DNA from: Felis catus
Taxonomy: Eukaryota
NCBI RefSeq assembly: GCF_018350175.1
Contig: NC_058383.1
Span: 10,604,001 to 10,668,000, forward strand
Direction: 5' to 3'
DNA length: 64,000 nucleotides
Of the stretch, positions 24,211 through 37,709 are shown piece by piece. A model generated the notes under the pieces. That model had not been told where the DNA came from. It did not search any database and was given only the letters and a program-made list of their open reading frames with translations. Within the stretch, counting starts at the first letter, position 1. Every line of letters begins with the position of its first letter. A program made the position numbers and the translations under genes.

Positions 24211-25650
24211 CTGCCCCTCTGTAGGATGTGACTCAATTTCATTCCGGAAAACTAGGTACTCCATATTCATGAGTGCTTTGAGCATTGTTTTGGGCTCGTT
24301 TTCTGCCTACTGAACTAATCTTTCCCCGCCTAGCCCAAATGTCATAATAAGGGTGCATAATAAACAAAAATAATGTACAAGGACCGTCATTTACTATGCT
24401 CTTACTATACCCTGTAGGGTACCCTACTATCCTATATCCGAGGTGGATACTCCTAAATATCCACAGAAACAGGCTTGAGAATGATTGAAATATTTGTCCG
24501 ATGTCATTGAGGTTGCAAGTGGTGGCCCCAGCATTCATTCCCCGTCGTGCTGCCAAAGCAATTCATATAAAGTTCTGTTGTATTGCACTTAGCATACTAC
24601 TGCATTCCAATTTGGGAAGAAAAATTGGCTTTCATGTCCACATTGAAGATAAGAATCGGGACCCATTTATCTCTCTCCCCAGTGCCTAGCACAAGACCTG
24701 GCACAGTGTGAATGTTCAGTTTGAGTGTGTTTAGTGAACCGTGAGGATCCACGTTTCCAGAACACTTTGGTCAGCCGTGAGGAACTGGGCTGCTCTCACC
24801 AGAGAACTGATCAAAACCCTATGGCTCTTTCCCTTCCATCACCAACTAAAATCTCTATATATGATAGGTAGAAGACCTCGTTTTCCAGGTGATGGATTTG
24901 TCATTCAAATAAACACGGGCTCCTAAATCTACATCGCAAGGGACTGTGTTCTATTTTTTGTCCTTGCCTTTCAGTTTTCTCTCCCCAACTGCAGGAACGT
25001 ATTGGGGAAGACAGTATTGGGGTTGTGTTCCTTTTTCGTGTGTAAATTCTCTGCTTCATCTTTCCTACCTGAGTGGTCAGCTCCTGGAGGACGAGGGGCC
25101 TGCCCCCCTGACTCCTGGTGCCTTTTCTTGCACCTAGTAGACCGATGTGGAGTTCAGGTCTGCTAATTGCTCGCTCGAGTTCTGCAGCCAGGCTAGCAAG
25201 TTGGAAGCAGTGGGCATAAGCTACAGTTGTGTCCTGCGAGGTGGGTGAGAACACGTGATTTCTCATTCTGTTGAAGTTATTGCCAGTTGGGCAGGGACCT
25301 CAAATGACTCCCGATTCTGAAGCACGATGGTAATTACTAAAGTCTCCAGGTTCAGGACTTTCTCAGTGTTTTTCTTTTTCCCTTTTATATGATTTGGGGG
25401 TGGGGGAGGCTTGAAGTTGGCTCTCCCTCTTCCATTCTCCTTTAAGCCGTTTGGCATGTTTTCAAGATCACTATGCACAGATCTTTTCTTTCCTCTGGAG
25501 AAGATACACATTTTCTTGAAATACAAACTTTTCTTGAAATGTCTCTTTCATCGTTTTCCCTTGGGTTTGTTCCCATGTAATAATGTTAATATTATCACAT
25601 ACACACCCTCCCCCTACCACATATACACTCAGCTTAAACACAAAACGTTT

Positions 25651-26105
25651 TGGGGACGCCCAGGGTGGCTCAGACGGTTGAGCATCTGACTCTTGATTTT
25701 GGCTCGGGTCATGGTCTCACGGTTTGTGGGTTCAACCTCCATGTCTGGCATTTCGCTGACAGTGTGGAACCTGCTTGGGATTCTCTCTCTCACCCTCTCT
25801 GCCCCTCCCCCAGTTGTATCGTGCGTCCCTCTGAAAATAAATTCTTTTTTTTTTTTTTATTTTTTTTTATTTTTTAATTTTTTTTTTTCAACGTTTATTT
25901 ATTTTTGGGACAGAGAGAGACAGAGCATGAACGGGGGAGGGGCAGAGAGAGAGGGAGACACAGAATCGGAAACAGGCTCCAGGCTCTGAGCCATCAGCCC
26001 AGAGCCCGACGTGGGGCTCGAACTCACGGACCGCGAGATCGTGACCTGGCTGAAGTCGGACGCTTAACCGACTGCGCCACCCAGGCGCCCCTGAAAATAA
26101 ATTCT
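25651..26105. mobile_element. Nested opposite-orientation CAN-SINEs
   Basis: Young - copy flanked by TSD ctgaaaataaattct inside the tail of a + copy. Confidence 0.92.
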
Positions 26106-28243
26106 AAAAAAATTAAATTAATTTTAAAAATGAAACATTTGCAATAAATGCAGAACACAGTTTATAATTCTTTCCCCTTTCATGGTTCTCCAAAAATGCC
26201 ACTCTCCAGGAGGCCTGTTGGCGCTCCCAGGACTCCGCGTTCACTGATGTCCTTCGAACACCAAGAGGATCAGGGAAGGAGGTGACTTTGGGGGCAGAAC
26301 AGCATATCAGGGCTTTTTCCTTCTTTCTTTTTTTTTTTTTCTCTTTAGACTGAGCCTTCTGTGACTTGTACTTGAGCCTAGACAGAGCTCAGAGCTTAGA
26401 AACTCCAGCCAGTCCCATAGAGCCACACAGCAGCCACGTGGGGGAGGAGGGGGAGCAGGGGGTGTTGGGAAACCACAGGTTTAGGACCAAACCAGGGAAA
26501 AGGCAAGGAAAGCCAAAGTGAATTCCTCCTCTGCTCTGGGCTGAGCTCCCTGACTCTTCCCTCACGCGGGCAATTAGTTACACAAAAGAGGAAGGACATG
26601 GAAAAGGAGAGCAAACTGAAAACAAAATCCTTTACCAGAAGCCAGAGCCCTCCCATCAAATTGCCAAATGGGACAGGCAACCAATCTTGGTTAAAATGAC
26701 ACCTTGGCTTTTGCCACTAGGGTGGCGCCCACTTCCCAAGCGACTTGCAGGACGTGGGGTTGAAAACCTGCTGGCATCCCAGGACCAGGACCACCAGACA
26801 CCCCTGCTTTCCACCACTGGCCCGGGATGTTGAACCTTCTCGATGCTGTTTACCTTGCTTACACGGAATTTTTGAAAACTCATTTGTTGTCTCCCAGTGG
26901 CTTTCTTTATGAATTGTAGCTGTTTGTTGTTGGGTTTTTTTTTTTAATTTTTTTTCTTTAACGTTTATTTATTTTTGAGACAGAGAGAGACAGAGCGTGA
27001 ACAGGGGAGGGGCAGAGAGAGAGAGAGACACAGAATCTGAAACAGGCTGCAGGCTCTGAGCTGTCAGCACAGAGCCCGACGCGGGGCTCGAACTCACGGA
27101 CCGTGAGATCGTGACCTGAGCTGAAGTCGGACGCTTAACTGACCAAGCCACCCAGGCGCCCCTTGTTGGTTTTTTTTTTAAAGCAGTGATACTATCACTG
27201 AAATAACTGTTCGCTCCCAGACCCTGCAGTGTTCCATCACCCTTACAATTTTTCTAATATTCTCATTAGCATTTTCAGCATTAAAAGGCTCATTATGTAG
27301 TGAAAAAGCATATATCCTAAACATATTTCCAGTGTAAGGATTTGTTGGCTGGGTAACATTCGTCCTCGGGAATTGTGCCGATCACATTTGCGGAATTTGG
27401 AAGCTGGTATAGACATCATTCCGCCTGACTCGCGGTTTCTGTCTTTAACAAATATCGATTGAGTGCCTACAGCCACTCTGATAAGCACAGGATGTGGAAC
27501 AGGGCAAGCTTCCGCCCTCAAGGAGCTTGTGTTGTAGGGAGGGAGACAGACACCAAGCGACTGGTCATGTGCTTACTTCATTATGATGATGGTTAAGTAG
27601 CACTGATTGATCGGTTGTTATACCTAGAGGTCAAGGAGGGCTTTGCCGGGGAGGGGGCATTTTACCTGAGATCTGAACCCTGAATTTGAGAGCTGAGTGT
27701 CTGTTGGCTTTGCCCGGAGGGCGCCTCCCCTAACACCCTCTCCGTCTATCCATTTGCTCTCTATCCTGAGATCCTGTTTCTTTCTGTGCTGTACTTACAA
27801 TTACCTGGATTTATTGCCTTGTTTATTGTTGGTCTCCCCACCCCTCGAATGGGGTCTCTTTGAGAATAGGAGCTCTTCTCTGTCCTGGTCACTGCACCCT
27901 GGGGCCTGACGAGGCCTGAAGGAGTAATGAGCACACGGTGGCTCCCGGGTGGGTGCGAAGCAGGGTGGGAGAGGAAGGAGGCCTGGAGGGGCCATACCGC
28001 AGGACCAGAGAAGTTAGGGAACAGCCACAGGGCCCAGTTTATATTTTAGGTCCCTGGTTGCCATGTGGCAAGTGGTGTGGAGGGAGTCAAGGGTGCTTGT
28101 AGAGAAAATTGTCGCTTACCACGCTAAGCACTGAAAAATGTACAGGACTGTTGAATCACCACACTGTGCACCCGAAAATAATATAGTACTGTAGGTTAAC
28201 TACATTGGAATTAAAAATTAAAAACAAAAGAAAAGTGGGGCAG

Positions 28244-29930
28244 GGGGTGCCTGGGTGGCTCGGTCGGTTAAGCCACAACTCTCAATCTCAGCTCAGGTCG
28301 TGACCTCACAGTTCATGAGTTCGAGCCCCGAGTCAGGCTCTGCGCTGATGGCACGGAGCCTGCTTGGGATTATGTCTCTCCCGCTTTCTCTGACCCTTCC
28401 CCGCTTGCACGCTCTCTCTCTCAAAATAAATAAACTTCAAAAAAAAAAAAAAAGGAAAAGAAAACAGAAAACTGTGTCAAAGTGTTTGTTTTGTGATCTT
28501 TGACTCTCTAAATTTAAAATTATAAAACATTTGAAGCATACTGAAAATAATATCGATATGCATATACTCACCCACCAAGACAGGTGTTAAAATTTTGCCT
28601 TAAAAAATTTTTTTTAATGTTTATTTTTGATATAGAGAGACAGAGCACGAGCAATGGAGGGGGCAGAGAGAGAGACACACACACAGAATCTGAAGCAGGC
28701 TCCAGGCTCCGAGCTGTAAGCACAGAGCCCGATGTGGAGCTTGAACCCACGAACCACAAGATCATGACCTGAGCCGAAGTTGGTGCTTAACCGACTGAGC
28801 CACCCAGGCACCCCAACCTCTTTTTTTTTTTTTTTAAAGAGAGCATGCATTGTGGAAAGGGGCAGAGAGAGAGGGAGAGAGAATCTTAAGCAGGCTCCAC
28901 AGTCAGCACAGAGCCTGATGCACCGTCTGATCCCAGGTTCATACACCTGACGCAGGGCTCAATTTCCTGAACTGTAAGATCATGACCTGAGCCAAAATCA
29001 AGAGTCAGTCACCCAACCAACTGAGCCACCCAGGCACCCCTTTCCTCTTTTTTTAAAAGAGAAATCAAACATTATGGATACTAAAGTTCCCCACCCCTTT
29101 CTCTCTTTGTCCCTCTTCCACTCCCATTTTAGAGAAGAGGAACCTGAGGCACAGAGAGGTCAAGTTTTGTCCCCAAGGTCTCTCAGCGAGTAGGAGGGAG
29201 AGTCGATCTACACTAGGTGATCTGAGCTCTGGGCCTGTATGTTTTATAGGCTTTCATACTTTGATGAGACATAAATTATTACCATGATGTACTATTGTTT
29301 GGTAAGTTTTTTAATTTCCTGTAAGTTGAATCATTCTGGGTATAATTTTGCAATTTTTTTTTCACTTAGCATTGTGGTTTTGAGAGCTCTCTGTAGAAGT
29401 CTGTTTCTTCTTCTAGAACGTAAACTCCATGAGAGTAGGAGTTGTTGTCTCTTACGTTCACTGTCTGGCACAGAGTAGATGCTCAGTAAAACTTGCTGAA
29501 TGGGGCGTCTGGGTGGCTCAGTCAGTTATGTGTCCAACTCTTGATTTTGGCTCAGGTCATGATCTCACAGTTCATGAGACTGAGCCCCGTGTCGGGCTCT
29601 GTGCTGACAGAGCGGAGCCTCCTTCTGATTCTCTCTCTCCCTCTGCCCCACCCCTGCTCACTTGCACTATCCCTCTAAAATAAAAAATTAGGGGCACGTG
29701 GGTGGCTCAGTCAGTTGGGCATCTGACTTCAGCTCAGGTCGTGATCTTGGGGTTCGTGAGTTCGAGCCCACGTCGGGCTCTGTGCTGACAGCTTAGAGCC
29801 TGGAACTTGCTTCAGATTCTGTGTCTCCCTCTCTGTCTCTCTTACCCTATCCCACTCGTGCTCTGTCTCTCTCTTTCAAAAATAAATGTTAAAAAAAATT
29901 TAATATAAAAAATAAACAAAATAAAAAATA
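28244..29930. mobile_element. Cluster of five CAN-SINEs with MIR/L2 scraps
   Basis: SINE heads and tails on both strands. Confidence 0.85.
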
Positions 29931-31156
29931 AAAACTTGCTGAATGAATTAATTTTTCTGCTGTAGAGTATTCCACTGCATTTCTGAGATAATTTCTCTAG
30001 GGTAGATAAAAATGGAATTAGTGGGTCCCAAGTAAGAGCATCTTCAATTTAATAAGGGTCATTAGAATGACTTTCTGGAGAAGGTCTCCTGACAAATCCT
30101 TACAGAATATTCATGGTCAAGGTAGAGGAAAAACCCACCCCCTATGGGGCTCCATATGTCTAACCTCCATGAGGCCATCTCCCTCCCCTCCCTTTGTACC
30201 ACCCCCGCCTTCACGCTACTCTAGCCACAAGAGCTTCCTCGCTCTAAGTCAAAAGTGCCTAGCACATCCCTACCTCAGGACCTTTGCACTTGCTATTTCC
30301 TTGGCCTAGAGTGCTCTTCCCTCACATGTGCACATGGCTTGCTCTCTTGCCTCATTCTGGTCTCTGCTGTGTGTCATCTATTCATCCATTGGTCTATTCA
30401 TTGTCATCTGCTTCCTCCCTCCTACCAGTCCTTTCCCTACCCTGCTTTCTCTTTGTTCCTATAGCACGTAACTCCAGCTGATAAATAGGTATTAAGTATG
30501 TATTGTGTATGCGTTCCCCCATTAGGATGTGTTTCATGATGGCAAGGGTTTTCTCCACCTTAGCCAACTACTGCTGTTGTCATTGCCTTGAACAGTGCTT
30601 GATAGTTAGCAGACATTGAGATAGATGGATGGATAGATAGACAGATTATTTTGGCAATAAGAAATAAGCTTTCTTTTTTTTGAGTATAGTTGATGGACAA
30701 TGTCACATTAGTTTCAGGTGTCATTGGTAAATATTTTTTGAATGAGTGAATAATCCCAGGGAGTTTCAGAAATACGAACATGATGAAGTAAGCCAAAATT
30801 TCGCATTAGTATTTTTCTGTAGCACTTTTGTGTAATCATTACCTATTTGATATTTTAAGGGTCCCAAATGGCTTAAGAGAATTAGACATACTGGTGTCTA
30901 CCAGGCGGAACTTTATGATTCTAATTTAAAATGTAAAATTGAATTAAGTTAAACTTGTGATTGTAGGTTAAAATCTTCCTAAATTTATAAATAGTATTAG
31001 AATATTTAAGGGACCTTAAGATTCAACATATTATAAGTTTAATAGATTTATAAGATACATTTAAAGACTTACACATTTTGTCAGAAAACTGAGATACTTA
31101 AAGGAAACCACATATATTACGTTTATAAATGTAGTTTAAAATGTGTAAGAGGTTTT

Positions 31157-31606
31157 GGGGTGCCTGGGTGGCTCAGTCGGTTAAGCGTCTGACTTCAGCT
31201 CAGGTCATGATCTCATGGTTCGTGGGTTCGAGCCCCACATCGGGCTCTGTGCTGACAGCTCAGAGCCTGGAGCCTGCTTCAGATTCTGTGTCTCCCTCTC
31301 TCTCTGCCCCTTCCCTGCTCACACTCTGTCTCTCTCCCTGTCAAAAATTAATAAACATTAAAAAAAATTTGTTTTTAATGTTTAAGAGGTTTCAATTATT
31401 CTGTAGTTAAAAAGACCTTTAAAAGTATTGTCACAGGGGCGCCTGTGAACGTTGAAAAAAAAAAAAAGTATTGTCACAATTCACGAGAGTTGTAAAAAGA
31501 AAAATAAGGTTTGTAAAGTGAACCTGAAAGCTTGAGGAGGAATAAGGTTTCTCAAATATATAACTTTACAAGTCAAAAGAAAATCTTTAACTTTCCAACT
31601 AAACAT

Positions 31607-31646
<40 letters not shown>

Positions 31647-31653
31647 AATGTTT

Positions 31654-31687
<34 letters not shown>

Positions 31688-31825
31688 GAGAGAGAATTCC
31701 AAGCAGGCTCCGCACTGTTAGCACAGAGCCCAATGCAGGGCTCAGACCCATGAACCATGAGATCGTGACCTGAGCCGAAATCAAGAGTTGGACTCTTAAC
31801 CGACTAAGCCACCAGGCGCCTGCCT

Positions 31826-31892
<67 letters not shown>

Positions 31893-32457
31893 CATGCCCA
31901 GTGCAGGCCTAAGGCAGGGGTTGAGCTCAAGACCCTGATAAAGATCTGAGCTGTGATCAAGAGTCAGATGCTTACCCGACTGAGCCACTCAGGTGCCCAT
32001 TTGTTTATTTTAATTTGTAAAAAAAATTTTAAGATTTAATTTTTAAGTCATCTTCATACCCAGTGTAAGGCTCGAACTCACAACCTTGAGATCAAGAGTC
32101 ACATGCTGCACCAACTGCGCCAGACAGGCACCCTTCCAAAGAAACTGTTTTTTTAATGTTTATTTATTTTTGAGAGAGAGAGAGAGACAGAGTACAAACC
32201 CTTAACCGACTGAGGCACCCAGGCACCCCAGAAACTTTTTTTTTTAATCCTTATTTATTTTTGAGAAAGAGACAGAGACATGTGAGGGAGGGAGGAGCAG
32301 AGAGAGAGGGAGACACAGAATCCGATTCAGGCTCCAGGCTCCGAGCTGTCAGCACAGAGCCCGATGCAGGGCTCGAACCCATGAACTGAGAGATCATGAC
32401 CTGAGCCAAAGTCAGATGCTTAACAGACTAAGCCACCCAAGCACCTCCTGAGATGCA

Positions 32458-32488
<31 letters not shown>

Positions 32489-32490
32489 GA
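31157..32490. mobile_element. Dense CAN-SINE cluster including a 28-bp mini-SINE and an (ATCT)n tract
   Basis: One + copy, several - copies; (ATCT)n at ~31828-31891. Confidence 0.9.
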
Positions 32491-33615
32491 GATGCATCTT
32501 TTACAAGGCCTTTGCTTTTCCTCACAAGGTGGCATTTTAGGATGGGTAAGGCTGGTGATTTCAAGGGTGAGAGCCTGCCTTGTACTAAGCAAATTCCGAG
32601 CAGCAATGCTTTAATAATCCTCCCAGAGGACACGCTGTTCTACATAAATACACGTTCTGGTTAAGTGCCCTCCGTATGCAAAGTTTTTCGTTTTAACGAT
32701 TCTGTTATATTTTAACAATCGGGAAACTTTGAAAACCTGCTTTATACACTTCCTTGCCTTCTTGGGAAAAAAAAAGGGGGGTACAGAATTTTTCCAAATG
32801 CTTTAGAGCCTTCAGTACAGTGGCCATGGGATTTGGGTGCTGTGATGGGGGCTTGACCCCAGGGCTACGTAGGGCATGTGGGGGACTATTTGCCCCACAC
32901 CATAGATCCTGGTTCGTTAGGCTGTTTGGATTCTTTACTTCTAATTTTGTTCCGTTTGTTTGTTCATCCATGCTCTGCCTTCTTCCTGTCCTCAGTCGGC
33001 CTGTCTGCCCTGACCTTCCTGGGGCTGCTTCTCAATCTGCTGAGGGATGGGGGACCAGAGCACCAAGCTCATTCCTGTTTTGTCCAGTTACCCCTCCATC
33101 AATGACTGATGCAAGATAGGAATGCATATTTCTTTTCTTTCTTTTGAAACATTCTTGATTATTTTTAAGTAATCTCTACACCCCATGTGGGGCTAGAACT
33201 CACAACCCTGAGGCCAAGAGTCACATGCTCCACTGACTGAGCCAGCCAGACACCCCAGGAATGCATATTTCTGTTTGTTTGCCAGTGCGGTGTCCAGATA
33301 TATATACACATAGGCACATTACATGTAACGTACATAGTATTTGTAATATATAATGTGTGTATATATCATTGCTGCTTTAATTTTCACTTTCTTTTTTCAA
33401 GTTTTCATTTTAACTCCAGTTAGTTAACATACAGCATTATATTAGTTTCATAATTTTCATTTTCCTGATAAGCACATGTTAATACGTGCGTTGACCTTTT
33501 ATATTCCTCTCCCGAGACTTACCTGCTTGCCTATTTTTCTGTTCTGTACAAATTATAAAGCTCTTTTGGAGAATAATTTGTCAATTTCTAGTAATGTTTT
33601 AGAAGTACACATTCT

Positions 33616-33989
33616 TGGGGCGCCTGGGTGCCGCAGTCGGTTAAGCGTCCGACTTCAGCCAGGTCACGATCTCGCGGTCCGTGAGTTCGAGCCCCGCGTC
33701 AGGCTCTGGGCTGATGGCTCAGAGCCTGGAGCCTGTTTCCGATTCTGTGTCTCCCTCTCTCTCTGCCCCTCCCCCGTTCATGCTCTGTCTCCCTCTGTCC
33801 CAAAAAATAAATAAACGTTGAAAAAAAAATTAAAAAAAAAAAAAAAAAGAAGTACGCATTCTTGGGGCACCTGGGCGGCTCAGTGAATTAAGTGTCTGAC
33901 TCTTGATTTCGGCTCAGGTCATGATCTCATGGTTCATGGGTTTGAGCCCCGAATTGGGCTCTGTGCTGACAGTGTGGAGCCTGCTTGGG

Positions 33990-34037
<48 letters not shown>

Positions 34038-35037
34038 CCTCCCTCCCTCCCCTCCCTCTCTCCCCCTCCCCCACTCATGCTCTTTCTCAAAATAAATAAA
34101 TAAACATTAAAAAAAAAAGTATACATTCTCAGACCCAGAATTTTCTTCTAGAAACTGGTCTTACAGAAATGCTTACACACGTGCACAAAGACGTACGTAT
34201 GATGGTGATATTCACTGCAGCAGTTTAGAATGGGGGAAAGCAGGAAATCAGAGAAAAGTCCATCTGTAGGTGGAAGGGGGAGGCCAGTTGTGCTGTGTTC
34301 ATACTACGTAGTCACTAAAAAATGAAGGCCATCCTTGTATACTGAGCAGGAAAAGTCTCCATGCAAAAAAGAGTCATGGAAAAAAAATATATATAATGCA
34401 GTGTATTTTTTTTCAGATTTTATTTTTAAGTAATCTCTACACCCAATGTGGGGCTTGAACTCGTGACCCCCAGATCAAGAGTCACATGCTCCACCAACTG
34501 AGCCAGCCAGGCCCCCCCAATCCAATGCATTTAAAAAGAAACTTCATCTCCAGAAAGAACAAACAGTTGTGTTTCCCTCTGGGGATCTGGCAAAGGGGAG
34601 AAGGGTCAGTCCATGAATTTCTGTTTTAATCTTCTGAAACAAGAATGATTTGTGAACCATTGGCATCCTAAAATATTTATTTCAAGGGCGTCTGGATGAC
34701 TCAGTCAGTTGAGCCACCGACTCTTGATTTCGGCTCAGGTAATGATCCCAGAGTCATGGGATTGAGCGCCGCATCAGGCTCCATGCTGAGTGTAGAGCCT
34801 GCTTGGGATTCTTTCTCTCCCTCCACCCCTCTCCCCTGCTCTCATACACACACAGACACACACACACGCACGCACACACACTCTCTCTCTCTCAAATTAA
34901 AAAAAAAAAATTAAAGTAAAAAAAATCTTTTTTAAGATATTATTTTTAAGTAATCTCTATACCCATCATGGGGCTCAAACTCATGACCCCGAGATCAAGA
35001 GTCACATGCTCCACTGATGAGCCAGCCAAGTGCCCCT
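33616..35037. mobile_element. CAN-SINE cluster within an old L1M relic
   Basis: TSD agaagtac(a/g)cattctt; SINE motifs. Confidence 0.85.
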
Positions 35038-35409
35038 CAAGTAAAAAAATATTCTGCCTAAAGTCTTGCCCCATCAGGTGTGGTATGGCGACGTCCGTAT
35101 CAGCTGGGAGCAGGTCACAAATGCAGTTTCAGGAAGCATGGTCAAGGGTTCTCAAGCCTGGCTGCATAGAATCACCCAGAATGTTTGACACAAATGCGGA
35201 GGCCTGGGGAGGGGGCGGGGGGCACCACAGAGGTTCTGATGCAGTAGGTCTGGGGGCCCTGGCGCGCAGCAGGAATGAACCTCCGATCTAAGGCCTCCAT
35301 AAATGATAAACTTAGGGACTCTAGTGTGAGTGGGGGTGTGGGGGCTCTTTCTGCAGAAGAGGGAGTACCAGGCCAGGCCCTTTATGGCTGCTCTGAGACT
35401 TCCTTCCTA

Positions 35410-35517
35410 ACCTTCCCTCCTTCCTTCCTTCCCTCCTTCCTTCCTTCCCTCCTTCCTTCCTTCCTTCCTTCCTTCCTTCCTTCCTTCCTTCCCTCCCTCC
35501 CTCCCTCCCTCCCTCCT
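35410..35517. repeat. (CCTT)n/(CCCT)n microsatellite
   Basis: Directly visible. Confidence 0.97.
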
Positions 35518-36414
35518 TTTGCTTCCTACTGGGTTCTCTGTGGCATGGAACATTTGGACAGCTGGACCAGGGAGCCCACTTGAAGCTAAGAAGCCCTATA
35601 CTGAGAAAAACTACATGTCCACACAGGATCGATTAAGGGTTGACTAACTGCATTTTGAAAACCTCACCCAGGGAGTTCGACACTTCTTTCTACGGCAATC
35701 TGCCGTACATTATTCTCAGCGTGAGGTCCCGTCCGCCATTTAAGACCACCTCCATCCACCGCAAACAGGGTGCTTCTGGGTCCAGCCTGACCTGCTGGCA
35801 TTCCAATGTGGGGGTGTATTCTGTTTTCCATAATCCCAGAAACGGCCAAGCATGGGTCTCACTGTCTGAAGAAGGCTTACTTGGCCGGGAGCGTGCCCGC
35901 TCATGCGCACACAACATTCTTCGGGAAGGCCCTGAGGGTGTCAATTCCAGAAGGTGCATCTCACAGGTAGAAATGTTTGCCTCATACTGGAGGTTGTTGG
36001 GTGCGGGGTTTAACTTTGGAAATCCTCGAGGCCCTGGGACATTGCACCAAGACGGCAGCTTTATTATGCCCCAGGAAATGTCCTAGGTGTAGAACACAGG
36101 CTGTGGGATGGGGGTGGGGAGGACACAAGCGAGAAACAAACTGACGCTGTGTACATAAGGCACCAAAGAGTGGGGACTGCCATCCGCGGTGCGGATGCGT
36201 GGGAGCGAAGGATTCCATCTGGGGGGAGTCGCGAGTCACAGATGGCCACAGACACAGGTGGTAATAGAGCCACGTCTTTAGCCAGCCAGCCAGCCGTCCG
36301 TTTAGTCAACAAGTATTTATTTAGTAAACAGGACCAAAGTTGGGACCGTATCGGAGTGTGGGATACAGAAGAGGAAGAGGTTTAGCTCAGCACTGCAGAT
36401 GCGGGGGCGGGGAA

Positions 36415-36421
<7 letters not shown>

Positions 36422-36446
<25 letters not shown>

Positions 36447-36472
36447 GAGGAGGAGGAGGAGGAGGAGGAGGA
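36422..36472. repeat. (GGA)n trinucleotide repeat, about 17 units
   Basis: Directly visible. Confidence 0.97.
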
Positions 36473-37709
36473 ACAACAACTCTGAACCCAGATTTGGAGG
36501 GGAAGCATCCGGGACAGTTTCTTGGAGGAAGTGATGCCCACCCACGCCAGGCCCCCAGAACTCATTAGGAGTTATTCTCGGGGGAGAGTCCAAGAGGTGG
36601 GGCTGCCCCAGGTTCCAGAAAAGGGTGTAGTGCGCGCAAACACAAGAGCGGAGGGGCGGGGGCGGGGGGGGGGGTGTCTTCTAGAGAAGTCAAAGCTCAC
36701 AGAGGTGGAGCAAAGGCTGAGCACCAGTACGGCTTGGGGGATGGCCGGAATTCCAGCAAATGGCCGAGACAAAGGGTGTCCAGGTGCAGGAAGGCCAGGT
36801 GAGGGGCTGCAGAGGTGGCCAGGCACGTCTGCAAGTCCCAGAAAGCCACTCCCAAGTCTCAAGCTGAGGAAGGCGGGATGGAGCCCTGATGATCGAGGAA
36901 AAAGGGGGGGGGGGGGGGGTGGAGCACCAGAAGGTGAAGCAACATCCCGTCGCACTTGGAGGGCTCTGGAGTCCGAAACGGGGTCTCCAATCAGGGGTAC
37001 ATGCTGCACATGCCCCCCCACCACACACCCAACCTATAGACGGGATAGAGGTGGGCGGGTCCCAAGTGAGCATTGTCCCGGACGTCCCCACTTAGGACAG
37101 CCCCGGCTCAAATACCACCTCTTCCCCACCACCCGCAAATATTTACATCCTGTTTATGCCGAGGCCTCCCAGGGCCTCAAATTTTCATGAATAAAATATG
37201 AGTTTCTAGGCCCAGCCGCGGAGGGAAGAAACCCCCGCCAGCTGGTAGGGACCAGAGGCAGTTTAGTGTTTCGGTTGCTGTCGCCTCCCGCGTGGTATTT
37301 GGAGGAAATTTGAATTGGCGGATCAAGGTGACCCAGGGCGGGAGATTTGGGCATTTTCTATACCTTCTGCGGGTTCTAGGAACTAAACCAGTTGCAGTGA
37401 ACGTTCCCTATATTTTATTCCTGGGGCTGTTTCTTGAGACACTCAGCCTTTCACTTGTTTATCCTTCCGAAATGTTATAGGAAAGTCAGAGGTTTTCATA
37501 GGTGGAGGGAGACTTTTAGAGATCAGCCAGCCCCCAGTGCCCTCCTTTGAAAAAAGAGAAAACCCAGGCTCAGAGGGCAAGGGTCTCGCCCTGGGTCATT
37601 TAGGCTAATCAGTGACACGCTGTCAGGGTTCCCTGTCACCTGGTCCAATATTCTCTCCACCACATCACACTTCCTGCAAGTACAAAAATTTTGAAACTCA
37701 TAGATGGTG

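Noticed and set aside
26712..26729. CTCF-like gccactagggtggcgc
   Set aside because: Spacing departs from the CCASYAGRKGGCRS consensus; a single weak motif is not supportable without ChIP data.
30780..31600. Very AT-rich block suggesting foreign or mitochondrial DNA
   Set aside because: No recognisable mitochondrial gene or ORF; more likely an old DNA-transposon relic, family not assignable by eye.
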